Assembly (NCBI GenBank): GCA_051294375.1
Contig: CM119264.1
Location: forward strand, 6,547,238-6,611,237
Direction of reading: 5' to 3'
Length of the DNA: 64,000 nt
From: Paraspadella gotoi
Lineage: Eukaryota > Animalia > Chaetognatha
Part shown: positions 51,910 through 64,000 of the stretch, piece after piece
How the letters are laid out: every line of letters begins with the position of its first letter
Position numbering within the stretch: the stretch's first letter is position 1
Program-made: the position numbers and the translations under genes
The notes under the pieces: generated by a model
Databases searched by the model: none
What the model was told of the DNA's origin: nothing
Seen by the model: only the letters and a program-made list of their open reading frames with translations

Positions 51910-52479
51910 TTTGANNNNNNNNNNNNNNNNNNNNNNNNNNNNNNNNNNNNNNNNNNNNNNNNNNNNNNNNNNNNNNNNNNNNNNNNNNNNNNNNNNNNNN
52001 NNNNNNNNNNNNNNNNNNNNNNNNNNNNNNNNNNNNNNNNNNNNNNNNNNNNNNNNNNNNNNNNNNNNNNNNNNNNNNNNNNNNNNNNNNNNNNNNNNNN
52101 NNNNNNNNNNNNNNNNNNNNNNNNTTACGAAGATCAGCGAAAAGAGTCTTGAGGGCGACAAATTGACTTCGAGTTGAGCGAGGAAGGGACGATGAAGCGA
52201 GAAAGAAAAAGACAGAAATTCTGTCAATAGTTTGAATCGATAGCAGAGTATTTTTTGACCAAATATGGGCATAGATTTTGTCGCACGAGAGAATTTTGTG
52301 AACATCGAATGAAATCTCGAGGGTCGGGCTTTGGTTTTTATGGGCAATGGTTGGGTGGGGAAGAGGAAGAGGAACTCTGTGGACCACGCATGTGAAGCTA
52401 GCTTCACCTCGCTACAAACCAATTAAAAGATTCGAACGAATGTGAAGACCCGGATGAATCATAACTTATAACTCAAAGA

Positions 52480-54340
52480 TCAGCGGATTGGAATCAACCT
52501 TGAAGAAATTGTCTTTTTTCCATTTCAAACCCGACATGGCTATGGAAATTGACTGAGCCACCTGGCTCGGCATCAATGCTTCTGGTCAGAAGCGGTCAAA
52601 GTCAGAAATCTGGCCATATGCACTGTGACGGTCTAGTTGAGTCCTCCCGTATCCGTCTTCTCAATCCCAAATCGACGCAGCTTGTTGTTTTGTTGTTGTT
52701 GTTGTTATTTCGTCTTTCCCTCTCGACTCGAGTCGAGAATCGAAATGTATTGTTGACATCTGGGAATTTTGAGGACAGTAAACCGTGTCCCCGACTAACC
52801 GTTTAGCTATTCTCTCTCTCTCTCTCTCTCTCTCGCTTCTCTCCCTCTCCTCTCAGTCTCTTTCTCTCTCTCTCTCTGCTCTTCTCTCTCTCTCTCTCTC
52901 TCTCTCGTTTTCTCAAACACTACGATGCATGGAACGCCGCCATTTTTGTCGCGAACTAACCACTTTGTAAGAGAAGACAGGATCGACAGGGTTTTATTTT
53001 TTCGGAAAGAATATTGAGATGAAAAAAAGAAAGAACAGACTGGATATAGGGAAACGTACAGAAAGTAAATAGAATTACATAATAAGATAAACATTAAAAG
53101 AAGGTATAAGAAAAAGAGAAAAGAACGCAGAAGAGAGAGAGATGCCGAAGGGAGATGAGAGAGTGGATAAAAGACATGAGGAGACGAAGAGATCAGAGAG
53201 AGACGGCAGAAATGACAGTTCCATATCGAGATGTCGAATGTTTTTTTCTAAAGTGGCACAGCAACTGCCGCCACTAAAAGTCGTTCCGTGCCTCGTATCC
53301 CTTCGCTTTGCCATCTTCGCTCTTCCAATTTCCTTTTCTTCCTGCCTTTCCTTTTTTATTTTTTTTTTGCCTTTTTCCTCTTTATTCACATTTCCGGTCG
53401 TCTTATTTTTTCTCCTATATCTATTTCTCACCCTCAAAACTACCTACACCTCCTAATTTACCTCACCTTCTCCTCTCCTCTTTTTTTTCTTGCGCACCTC
53501 CATTATCCTAACGCGACGTAAAGAGAAGGATAGAAAACTACGGACGCGAATATAGGCAAAATCGCGTCCGAAACGACGTCGAGTAGTCGATAGACATCCA
53601 CTTGCGCATTCCATCTGCATAGGAAGCAGCCTCGAGAACGGCCACTCCACCTGGGCTGACCATGGTGCGTTTCTATCCGCGACGATGCGGCTAAGAGGTG
53701 CCAATCTTGGCGAAGCGAGGGTCCTCTATATGTCCCATTTATAATACGATCGGTGGCAAAGCCTGTCCAAGGTCAGGGGCGAGACAGCTTTATTTATTGA
53801 TTGAGTGTAATTTTTTTTAATATTGGTTTGTATTAATTTCAAACACCTACTATTGAGAAATATACGCGACGGATTTACTAACGATTTTAGAGAGACGACT
53901 AATAAAAATGGAAAAATGGAGAGAATCAACAAAATATCATATTTTCCTTAAAACGATTGATTTAGAGAAAAGTGAGACGTCAACGTGACATCTCCACCCT
54001 CATCTCCTCAAGCCTGACGGAAGAGAATTCTCGAAACGCGGTTTTCAACGACTCGTTCACCCAAACCATTTTTCTTCTTCGGGTGATGAGATTTTCGTCG
54101 ACGCCTCGACTTTTCGAGTTCTCCCACTTTTCACACAAAGAAAAATAGTTTTTTTTTTTCGTAACAAAAAAAAAAAAAAAAAAAAACAAGGAGCGCGCGG
54201 TTTAATGTGTTGCGCCTGGTAATAACTTTCTTGTTCTACATATTTTTTTTATGAAGTACAGGTTAAGCCCTCGTTTACATATCATCTGGTAACCCATATC
54301 CTTACGTAGTTAGTAAGTTTCACAAATAACAGGTGTACAC
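52480..54340 (+). repeat. Block repeated at about 60260-61922 and partly at about 48270-48700
   Basis: gaagaaattgtctttt at about 52502, 60271 and 48279; cacaaataacaggtgtacac at about 54321 and 61903. Confidence 0.85.
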
Positions 54341-57300
54341 TAAGGCGTAGTAAAGAATTTCTAAATATAACTTTAATTAAAATCTAAAAAGTGAAGGAAC
54401 GAACAACATTAATACTAATGAACATTTTTATGTAATAAAAAAGATTTGTAATAAATTTCTACCCAGACTTTATGCAGTATGGCCATATTTATAGTAGTAC
54501 TAATCCAATAAATGTTGAAAATTTCAAAAACAGTTTTTTTCTAAGATTTTTTTTGCAGATTTGGATTTTGCGTCGAATATAAAAGTTGATAAAAAAGAAA
54601 ATATAAACTCTTTTTTGAAAAAAATTCCTTCATGTAAGTGGGTCAGGAAATTTTTAGAAAAAGCTTAATATTTTAAGGCTTGAAAAGTTAACTTTTATCT
54701 ATTAAATATAGTTTTTTTAATTTTTTAACCCACTCAATGAAAGAATTGTTTTGAAAAAATTATGTTATATTTTCTTTTATCACTTTTTTAACAAAGGGAA
54801 TTCAAATCTGCAATCAAAATTAAAAACAAGCCTATTTTTGAAATTTTTCGATTTTATAAGGATAGTACTATATATAAATATCAGTAGTATCCTCAGAATG
54901 CGCGGGCGCTTTCCCCCACCCGGGGCGGATGCTGGGGGCGGCCCGCGGGGTGGCTCCGCGGGGCGGCCCCGAGGGCAGGCAAATCTTACCGCCTAGGGGC
55001 GGCCCCCTGTAGCCTCTTTTTTGGAGCCCCAAGGGGCCACTCCAGGGGGAAATCCCCTGGGCTAGAAAAACCTTTCCCCCTGGGGGCACCCCCAGGGGGG
55101 GATGGGATTTTCCTGCCTCACTGGAACGGCTCTCATCCTCGCCTCCTATCTCTCTCGTCTCCTTACTTCTCCTTTTTCTCTCACTCTCGTCTCTCTCTTT
55201 CATTCTATTTTCTATTTTCATGCTTCATTACAATACAAATAGATATTGTTTCACTTCAAATAATCAATCAAGTGAACCATAGCTGCACCTAATACCATCA
55301 ACTTGCTTTGTTTGCATTTTTTAGTCAATGACAGTATACTATTGGCTAATCTGAATGAAATTGGTCAACTGATATATATTTTATTATTCACTGTTTAAAA
55401 TTTGATTCATCTGTTTATAATTTGCTAAAATCTTCATAATTTGGGTAGAGTTGTTTTATTTAGATCGTTAGTGGTTGTATAACTTGATATAATTTGGTTA
55501 ATCCTTCCATTAATTTGCTTATTCATCAAACATTTTATAATCCTTTTTACGTTTTAATTATATTTTCTTTTAAGTTACGTAACTTAACACTTTTGCGTTT
55601 ATACTTCATAAATTGCTTATAATCACATATTTATTAACGATTTTAGGTTCTTTCTTTTGAGTAAATTTTCATATGTTGGTAGGGTAAACTGTTTCATATT
55701 TAATCATTTGTATATTCTATCAACATCAGCATATTTGGTTCACTTTGCATATATTTGGTTCAATGTGCATTACGATTTTTGGTTTCAATTCTTATAGGCT
55801 TGATGATTATTGGGTTCCAACCATGAGATATAATTAATTTAGGGAACTCTGGTTAAAGATTTTTGGATTATATTTAGTCAACATCAGTAGTTCAATAATT
55901 TGTGTTGCAACTTTAGCACTAATTTTGGACAACATTGGATATTTTTAGGTCAAATTAATCTTTAAATAGTGGTTCTAACAAGTACAACTCTAAAAAAAAT
56001 TATGTTCTAATTAATAAAATTTTATCCGATATGAAATTAGAATAAAAGAGAGAGGAAAAAGAAGTGCAAACATATATTGTTTTATATATAGTACAAAATT
56101 AAATTTTTGTAAAATGATAACTTAGTTTATGTGTTCTTATCTCCTATATTAGAACCAAAACTGCATCTTTGACAAAAATTAGCTCTAATGCAATTAGGGC
56201 CACAATTTGCTGTTGTATCCTCATTATTTATGCGGTAGTAGGATCCTAATATACTTGATTAAATTTATGAAAAGTTTACCCAATATGAGAATTTACCAAA
56301 TTATGAAGTTTACCAAATTATAAAAGTTTAGCAATTTAATGAAAGTTTAACCACACTTAATTAAAGTTTTACCCAAAATTATAAAAGTGTAGCCAAATTA
56401 TGAAGGTTACCAGAATTAAAGCAAGTTATAAAATTTTATCTATATATTATAATACAATAACTATGAAATATTTATAAATATATGTATAGTAAAGTAATGA
56501 GTAGGCATGGTTTATATATTTATATTTTAAAATTCACTTATAAAGAAATATATTTACTTATCAATTAAAATAATATGTTAATTGAAGGAATTATATATAA
56601 TTTCAATGTTTATTTGACAAAGTGAGCACCTGTATTGTATGTGGGTTATGAGTTTATTGTTTTCAGTACCTCCACCAAACTACTCGTTCCGAAATGGAAT
56701 CAGTCCAGTTGTCATGACCCTTTTGGCGTGGGCAGGGTTCGAATTTTGCAAGTGGTTGTTAGGGTGCAGCTTTTGGTTCCATTGATTGATTAATTGAAGT
56801 GGAAAATATTATTTGTATTGGTAATGAAAGATGAAATAGAAAATAGATAGAGAAGAAGAGAGAGAGAGGGAGAGAAAAGGAGAGTAGGAGGGAGAGAGGA
56901 GAATCGGAAGGAGAGAGAGCCGTTCCAGGGGAGAAAATCCATCCCCCTGGGGGGTGGCCCCCAGGGGGAAAAGGTGTTTTCCTAAGCAGGGGTCCCACCT
57001 TGGAGTGGTCCTGTGGGGCTCCAAAAAGAGGCTACAGGGGGCCGCCCTAGTCGGTAAGGATTTGCCTGCCCCTCGGGCGCCCCGCGGAGCCACCACCGCG
57101 GGAGGCCGCTCCCAGCACCGACCCGGGGAAGCGATTCCTGAAGGATGACATACTTGATATTTATATATATACTCTCCTTATAAAATCGAAAATTCAAAAT
57201 AGGCTTTTTAATTTTTGATTTGGGCAGATTTGGAATTCTTGTAAGTGGTAAGAAAATGATTATATTATATCTTTCATTGGATGGTTAAAATTAAAACTTA

Positions 57301-57784
57301 TTTAATGATAGTTATTTTTAGCTTAAATATACTTTTTCTAAATTTCTGGACGCACTTTAATGAAGGAATTTTTCCAAAAAGAAGGTTTATAATTTCTTTT
57401 TACTTTTTATACGAATCAATGAAAAAAATCTTAGGAAAAAACTGTTTGGGAATTTCACTTTATTGGATTAGTTACTACTATAAATATGCCTACTGCCTAA
57501 TTGTATTTATTACAAATTCTATTACATAAAGTTATTGAATGTTGTTCGTTCCTCAACTATTTAGAATTTTAATTAAAGGTTATATTTAGAAATTTTACTA
57601 CGCCTTGTGTACACCTGTCTATTTGTGAACTTACATAACTACGTAAGGATATGGTTTACAGATGATAGTAAACGAGGGCTTACACCCTTACTTCATAACA
57701 AAATATGTAGATACAAGAAAGTTATACGCGCAACACATTAAACCTCAGCGCTCCTTGTTTTTTTTTGTTTTTTTTTGTAGGCGA
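54160..57784. repeat. Large noisy palindrome (fold-back) centred near 56.0 kb
   Basis: 54160-55290 is the reverse complement of 56755-57784. The inner part is also inverted (about 55660-55715 vs 56250-56300), with similarity decaying towards the centre. The right arm ends at a 25-N gap. Confidence 0.85.
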
Positions 57785-57809
57785 NNNNNNNNNNNNNNNN
57801 NNNNNNNNN

Positions 57810-60170
57810 TCTCTCTCCCTGTCTAAAATAGTTCATGAGATCTGACCATAAAAAATTCGTCAAATATTTACGTTAAAACTGAATAACCATTTTAATTTTA
57901 ATTTTAATTTTAATTTTAATAACACTAATATTTTTCAAATTTTCATATTTATTTTCTATTTCCATCATTTTTCATTTATTCATTAGATTGTGATCATTGT
58001 GTTTTTGGTAGTGTTTGTGTGGTTGTTGTGATAGTTATTCTCGTAGTGATGATTATGCAGGTTATTATCGTTTTGGTTTTATGGTAGTTATGGTAGTTGT
58101 GATTGTTGTGGACAGAAGACTGACTGACCAACATCGATTATTTGCATAATTTGAATTATCATTTTTTATATTATTTTCTTTCCCAAATCCACAGTTTTTT
58201 CCTCTTTTCATTTTTTTTTTAATTTCTTTCCTTTTTTAAAAAAAGAACGAGAGATTTTCTTGAGACTGTTGTCCTTCGTATCCATTTTCTTTGTGACTTC
58301 GGCTTATTATCGCGTAAAAAATGAAGAGACTTAAATCTCACTTTTGTTTTTTTTTTTTGTTTTGTGTTTTTTTTCACGAAGCGACGACTTTAGTCTTTAG
58401 TCGAGTTATGAAAAAATGTAAGATTGTTGAAAAGTAAAGACATTTGACAAAAGATACGTTTAAATATAGACTCTATCGTCCAGTCATTACATCTTACGAA
58501 ATATATCAATATATATTTCCTGGCTGAATGAGCAGAAATTAAACAAAATTGATTGAATATACGTAACTAGCAGTGGAGAAGCTTTTTTCTTCATGACCGC
58601 AGAAGTTCGGTCATGTAATAAGTAACTTTATTTCCATACTGGACAAAGATTTGCTAATAGGAACGACATCCAGTTATTCATTTTTAAACAATATATTGAC
58701 AGGAGATGAAATAAACATATAAACTTGAACGTACAAGAAATAAACAGAATATATAATCTTTTTTTATAAGCTTTTTTTTTCACCCTTTAATCTCTTCATC
58801 TCTCCTTCCCACTTGGACATCATCCACTCCTCTTCTTCCCTCACTTCCTCCTCCTCCTCCTCCTCATCCTTTTTTTCCTCTTCTTCCTCTTCCTCCTTCT
58901 TCGTTTCCGGTTTCCTTGGCTTTAATTCCTCGCTTCCTTTTTTTTTATTCCAATCCAAAGATTCGCCCCTTTCTCAAACGTCAATCCAGCAAGNNNNNNN
59001 NNNNNNNNNNNNNNNNNNGGGGCGAATCTTTGGATTGGAATAAAAAAAAAGGAAGCGAGGAATTAAAAGCCAAGGAAACCGGAAACGAAGAAGGAGGAAG
59101 AGGAAGAAGAGGAAAAAAAGGATGAGGATGAGAGGAGGAGATAAGTGAGGGAAGAAGAGGAGTGGATGATGGTCCAAGTGGAAGGAGAGATGAGGAGATT
59201 AAAGGTGATGGAAAAAAAAACCGCTTGGACCAGGATCTTATATTCTGTTTTATTCCTTGTACGTTCAAGTTTATATGTTTATTTCATCTCCTGTCAATAT
59301 ATTTGTTTAAAAATGGAATAACTGGATGTCGTTCCTATTAGCAAATCTTTGTCCAGTATGGAAATAAAGTTACTTTATTACATGACCGAACTTTCTGCGG
59401 TCATGAAGAAAAAGCTTCTCCACTGCTAGTTACGTTATATTCAATCAATTTTGTTTAATTTCTGCTCATTCGGCCTAGAGAATATATACTTGATAATTTC
59501 GTAAAGATGTAATGACTGGACGATAGAGTCTTATTTAAACGTATCTTTTGTCAAATGTATTTACTTTTCAACAATCTTACATTTTTTCATAACTGACTCA
59601 AGACTAAAGTCGTCGCTTCGTGAAAAAAAAACACAAACAAACAAAAAAAACAAAGTGAGATTTAAGTCTCTTCATTTTTTACGCGAGAATTAAGCCGAAG
59701 TCACAAAGAAAATGGATACGAAGGACAAAAGTCTCAAGAAAATCTCTCGTTCTTTTTTTAAAAAAGGAAAGAATTAAAAAAAAAAAAATGAAAAGAGGAA
59801 AAAACTGTGGATTTGGGAAAGGAAAAAATAATATAAAAAATGATAATTCACAATTATGCAAATAATCGATGTTGGTCAGTCAGTTCTTCTGTCCACAACA
59901 ATCACAACTACCATAACTACCATAAAACCAAAACGATAATAACCTGTCATAATCATCACAAATAGAATAACGTATCACAACAACCACACAAACACTACCA
60001 AAAACACAATGATCACAATCTAATGAATAAACGAAAAATGATGGAAATAGAAAATAAATATGAAAATTTGAAAAATATTTAGTGTTATTAAATGGTTATC
60101 AGTATATTTTAACGTAAATATTTGACGAATTTTTTATGGTCAGATCTCATGATAACTATTTAGACAGGGA
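57810..60170. repeat. Inverted repeat with arms facing across the 25-N gap at 58994-59018
   Basis: ccaatccaaagattcgcccc (about 58950-58970) vs ggggcgaatctttggattgg (59019-59038). The arms are collinear for about 1.1 kb. Confidence 0.9.
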
Positions 60171-60602
60171 GAGAGAAACGTGGACGATTGAGCTAGCTCA
60201 CACGCACAAACAATTAAAACGACAAGGAAGACGGAGAAATACTAAACCAAAGACACGATTGGAACAACCTGAAGAAATTGTCTTTTCCATTTCAACCCGA
60301 ATGGCTATGGAAAATGACTGAAGCCACCTGCTCGGATAATGCTTCTGGTCAGAAGCGGTCAAAGTCAGAAATCTGGCCATATTGGCACTGTGACGGTCTA
60401 GTTGAGTCCCGTATCCGTCTTCTCAATCCCAATCGACGAGCTTTGTTGTTGTTTTGTTGTTGTTGTTGTTATTTCGTGCTTTCCCTTCGACCGAGTTCGA
60501 GAATGAAATGTAATTGTTGACATCTAGGAATTTTGAGGACAGTAAACGTGTCCCCGCTACCGTTAGCTATTCTCTCTCTCTCTCTCTCTCTCTCCTTCTC
60601 TC

Positions 60603-60666
<64 letters not shown>

Positions 60667-62953
60667 AACTACGGATGGAACGCCGGCCATTTTTGTCGCG
60701 AGAAGCGAACCACTTTGTAAGAGAAGACAGGATCGACAGGGGTTTTATTTTTTTCGGAAAGAATATTGGAGAAAAAAAGAAAGAAAGCGAAAGGGAGAAG
60801 GAAAGTAAAAGAATACAAATAAGTAAAACATTAAAAGAGATAGAAAAAGAAAGAGGGAGAGAGAGAGAGAGAAGAGAGGAGAGAGAGAGAGAGAGAGAGA
60901 GAGGAGAAATGACTTTCCAATCGAGTCTCGAATGTTTTTTTTCTAAAGTGGCACAGACTACTGTTTCCCCCTAAAATCCCCGCTTTCCTTATTTCGCTCT
61001 TCCCAATTTTCCTTTTCCTGCTTCCTTTTTTTCCTTTTTCCTCTTTTGATTCCATTCCGGTCTCTTTTTTTTCTCCCTTCTATTTCCTCACCCCAAAACT
61101 ACCTCACCCTAATTTCCTCACCTTCTCCTCTCCCTTTTTTTTTCGCGCCTCCTCATCCTAAGCGACGTAAAGAGAAGGTAGAAAATCGGCGCGAAGGCAA
61201 ATCGCCCGAACGAGTCGAGTAGTCGAGTAGACATCCATTGCGCATTCCATCTGCATAGGAAGCAGCTCGAAACCCACCCACCTCGGACCACTGTGCTTCC
61301 TATCCGCCGACGATGCGGCTAAAACGGGTGCCACTGTGCGGCGAGGGTCTCTTAATATGTCCATTTATAATACGATCGTGGCAAAGCCTGTCCAAAGTCA
61401 GAGGCGAGACATTGAGTGTAATTTTTTTTTATATTGGTTGTATTAATTGCAAACACTACTATTAAGAAATATACCGACGTTTTACTAACGATTTAGAGAG
61501 AACGACTAATAAAATGGAAAAATGGAGAGAATCAACAAAATATCATATTTTCTTAAACATTGATTTAGAGAAAGAGTGAGACGTCACGTGACATCTCCAC
61601 CCCTCATCTCCTCACTGACGGAAGAGAATCTCGAAACGCGGTTTTCACGACTCGTTCCACCAAACATTTTTCTTTCGGTGATGAGATTTTCGTCGACTCC
61701 TCGACTTTCGAGTCTCCACTTTTCACGAAAGAAAAATAGGTTTTTTTTTCGTACAAAAAAAAACAACAAAAAACAAGGAGCGCGAGGTTTAATGTGTTGC
61801 GCTGCAATAACTTTCTTGTATCTACATATTTTTTTATGAAGTAAGGTTAAGCCTCGTTTACATATCATCTGGTAACCATATCCTTACGTAGTTATGTAAG
61901 TTCACAAATAACAGGTGTACACTGTACAACAACTGTTAATTGATACCACACCTCTCTGTTAAGTATAAGTTAAAATAAATTTGTATTATTTAAATAATGC
62001 TGTGTAAAACATCTCATATTAAGCATTTTATTGTGCATTGACTATATTTGAAGTATTACCTAAGTTACAAGCATTTAAACTCCAAGTAGAATGGACCAAC
62101 AGACAGATATGTAGATATATATGCAGACATAAGGTCCGACCGACCGACTAGAAATTACTTTAGAGAGCCAACAAAAAAATATGTGTGAGACCCCCTTAGC
62201 TTTTCGTAAAAAAGCCGCGAGCGGCAATGAAGGAAATGAAAGGAAGAAGAAAAGAAAAAAAGGTAAGGGCCTCTCGTGGGTAGGTCACGAAAATTCCCCG
62301 ACGCAAAAGGGAAACCTTTTTTTCTCTCTCTCTCGGGCGGCGGGTTAAGCGNNNNNNNNNNNNNNNNNNNNNNNNNNNNNNNNNNNNNNNNNNNNNNNNN
62401 NNNNNNNNNNNNNNNNNNNNNNNNNNNNNNNNNNNNNNNNNNNNNNNNNNNNNNNNNNNNNNNNNNNNNNNNNNNNNNNNNNNNNNNNNNNNNNNNNNNN
62501 NNNNNNNNNNNNNNNNNNNNNNNNNNNNNNNNNNNNNNNNNNNNNNNNNNNNNNNNNNNNNNNNNNNNNNNNNNNNNNNNNNNNNNNNNNNNNNNNNNNN
62601 NNNNNNNNNNNNNNNNNNNNNNNNNNNNNNNNNNNNNNNNNNNNNNNNNNNNNNNNNNNNNNNNNNNNNNNNNNNNNNNNNNNNNNNNNNNNNNNNNNNN
62701 NNNNNNNNNNNNNNNNNNNNNNNNNNNNNNNNNNNNNNNNNNNNNNNNNNNNNNNNNNNNNNNNNNNNNNNNNNNNNNTTTTTCCCCCCTTCCTCTCGCT
62801 CACTAGTCACTTTTCTCATTACTTTCTCTTCCTCGTCTGTGTTCTCTCATTAACCTCCATTGTTCCGCTTTCCGCTCACCTCGTTATATCCCTTATTTCG
62901 GTCATTGTCTTTCAACTCGCAAAAAAAANNNNNNNNNNNNNNNNNNNNNNNNN

Positions 62954-63375
62954 AGGAGAGATAAGAGTCTTGAGGCCGACAATTGACTTCGAGTTGAGCG
63001 AGGAAAGGACGTGAAGCGAGAAAAGAAAAAGACCAAGAAATTCTGTCAATAGTTTGAAATCGGATAGCAGAGTATTTTTTGAACCAAATATGGGCTAGAT
63101 TTTGTCGCACGAGAGAATTTCGTGAAACATGCAATGAAATCTCGAGGGTCGGGCTTTGGTTTTTATGGGCAATGGTTTGGGTGGGGAAGAGGAAGAGGAA
63201 GCCAGGATCGGGAAAAGGGTTTCAAAGAAAAGCTTGACCCTATTTGTGCGAATGAGAAGAAGCGAGAGAGGAGACAAAGACAGAGAGAGAGAGAGAGAGA
63301 GACAGGAAGCGAGAGTTCGCGGAAAAGAATAATAGGTAAGGGCTTCTTTATACATGATGAAAGAGTAAAAACAAT

Positions 63376-63457
<82 letters not shown>

Positions 63458-63931
63458 TGAAATGAAATTGAAAACTGCCTAAAAAGCTACTTATCTTATC
63501 ATTTGTAAGTTATTAATAAGTTTTTTGAGTTTTCATAAATGGTAAACTGAACAACTGATCAATTCTATTTTCTAGTGGACAATAGGCATGGGGCTCTTTC
63601 TAACTCAATCAAGCAGACATTTTTGTTGGAAACTCGATCGCCACCCCAAAAGCGTTCTATTGGTGATATATTTAGTCATAAACAGTAATTAATCGCAAAT
63701 GTTATTGATAATACTATCAAAAATAATGAGTTAGTTTTTATAATTCGTTTTTCTTTGTACCGATATATTTTGTACGTATTCGGTAAGTGGGATCATGCCT
63801 GGCAGCAATCCAAGGCAATATTTTGATCTATATGAATAGGAACTATGAAAGACTTAATTGCTCGTAATTGTAAATTTATCAATTTTTTCCCGAGTGATAA
63901 GACCAGCGATAGAGAGAGAGAGGAGAGAGAG

Positions 63932-63976
<45 letters not shown>

Positions 63977-64000
63977 ATTGATTGTATTGGAATCAAGCAA
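62954..64000 (-). repeat. Copy of the upstream region of the unknown ORF (matches 52126-52372 directly and about 48930-50230 inverted)
   Basis: aagagtcttgagg...aattgacttcgagttgagcgagg at about 52142 and 62963. The string gaaagactt(t)aattgctcgtaattgt at about 63848 is the reverse complement of about 49125-49150. Confidence 0.85.

Noticed and set aside
54900-55010. HDV-like ribozyme in the GC-rich island
   Set aside because: A GCC-UCCCGC-GGU loop resemblance exists in one copy only, and I could not find matching P1/P2 pairings or the GG after P1.
54160-57784. Foldback or large-TIR transposon
   Set aside because: The inversion continues to the centre with decaying quality, there is no internal ORF or TSD, and the left arm is continuous with ordinary flank also seen at about 61.6-61.9 kb. 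A missed-adapter fold-back read explains it better.

Overview
This is eukaryotic, AT-rich, microsatellite-dense genomic DNA, probably from an invertebrate animal (CpG not visibly depleted, GT-AG introns). It comes from a gapped draft assembly. Nine gaps of exactly 25 N and many indel-riddled near-duplicates suggest gap-filling with raw long reads, so much of the apparent duplication and palindromy is probably artefact. Three protein-coding loci are supported. (1) The first three coding exons of a SPATA6-family gene lie on the minus strand (2255 to <1). (2) A divergently oriented, phase-consistent multi-exon gene on the plus strand encodes a four-TM MARVEL-like protein (about 8.2/10.0-16.2 kb). 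(3) An apparently intronless ORF of about 190 aa, rich in Trp/Met/Pro, lies on the minus strand (51909-51150); I cannot assign it to a family, and its N-gap can be partly filled from a noisy inverted copy. The 19-41 kb region is a 3-4x repeated block. One copy carries a 408-bp TG...CA solo-LTR-like insertion with a 5-bp target-site duplication that is absent from the other copies. The 41-64 kb region is a mosaic of direct and inverted noisy copies and includes a GC-rich multi-hairpin island downstream of a TATA-like box. No rRNA, tRNA, CRISPR array or clearly novel multi-gene system can be supported from the sequence alone.
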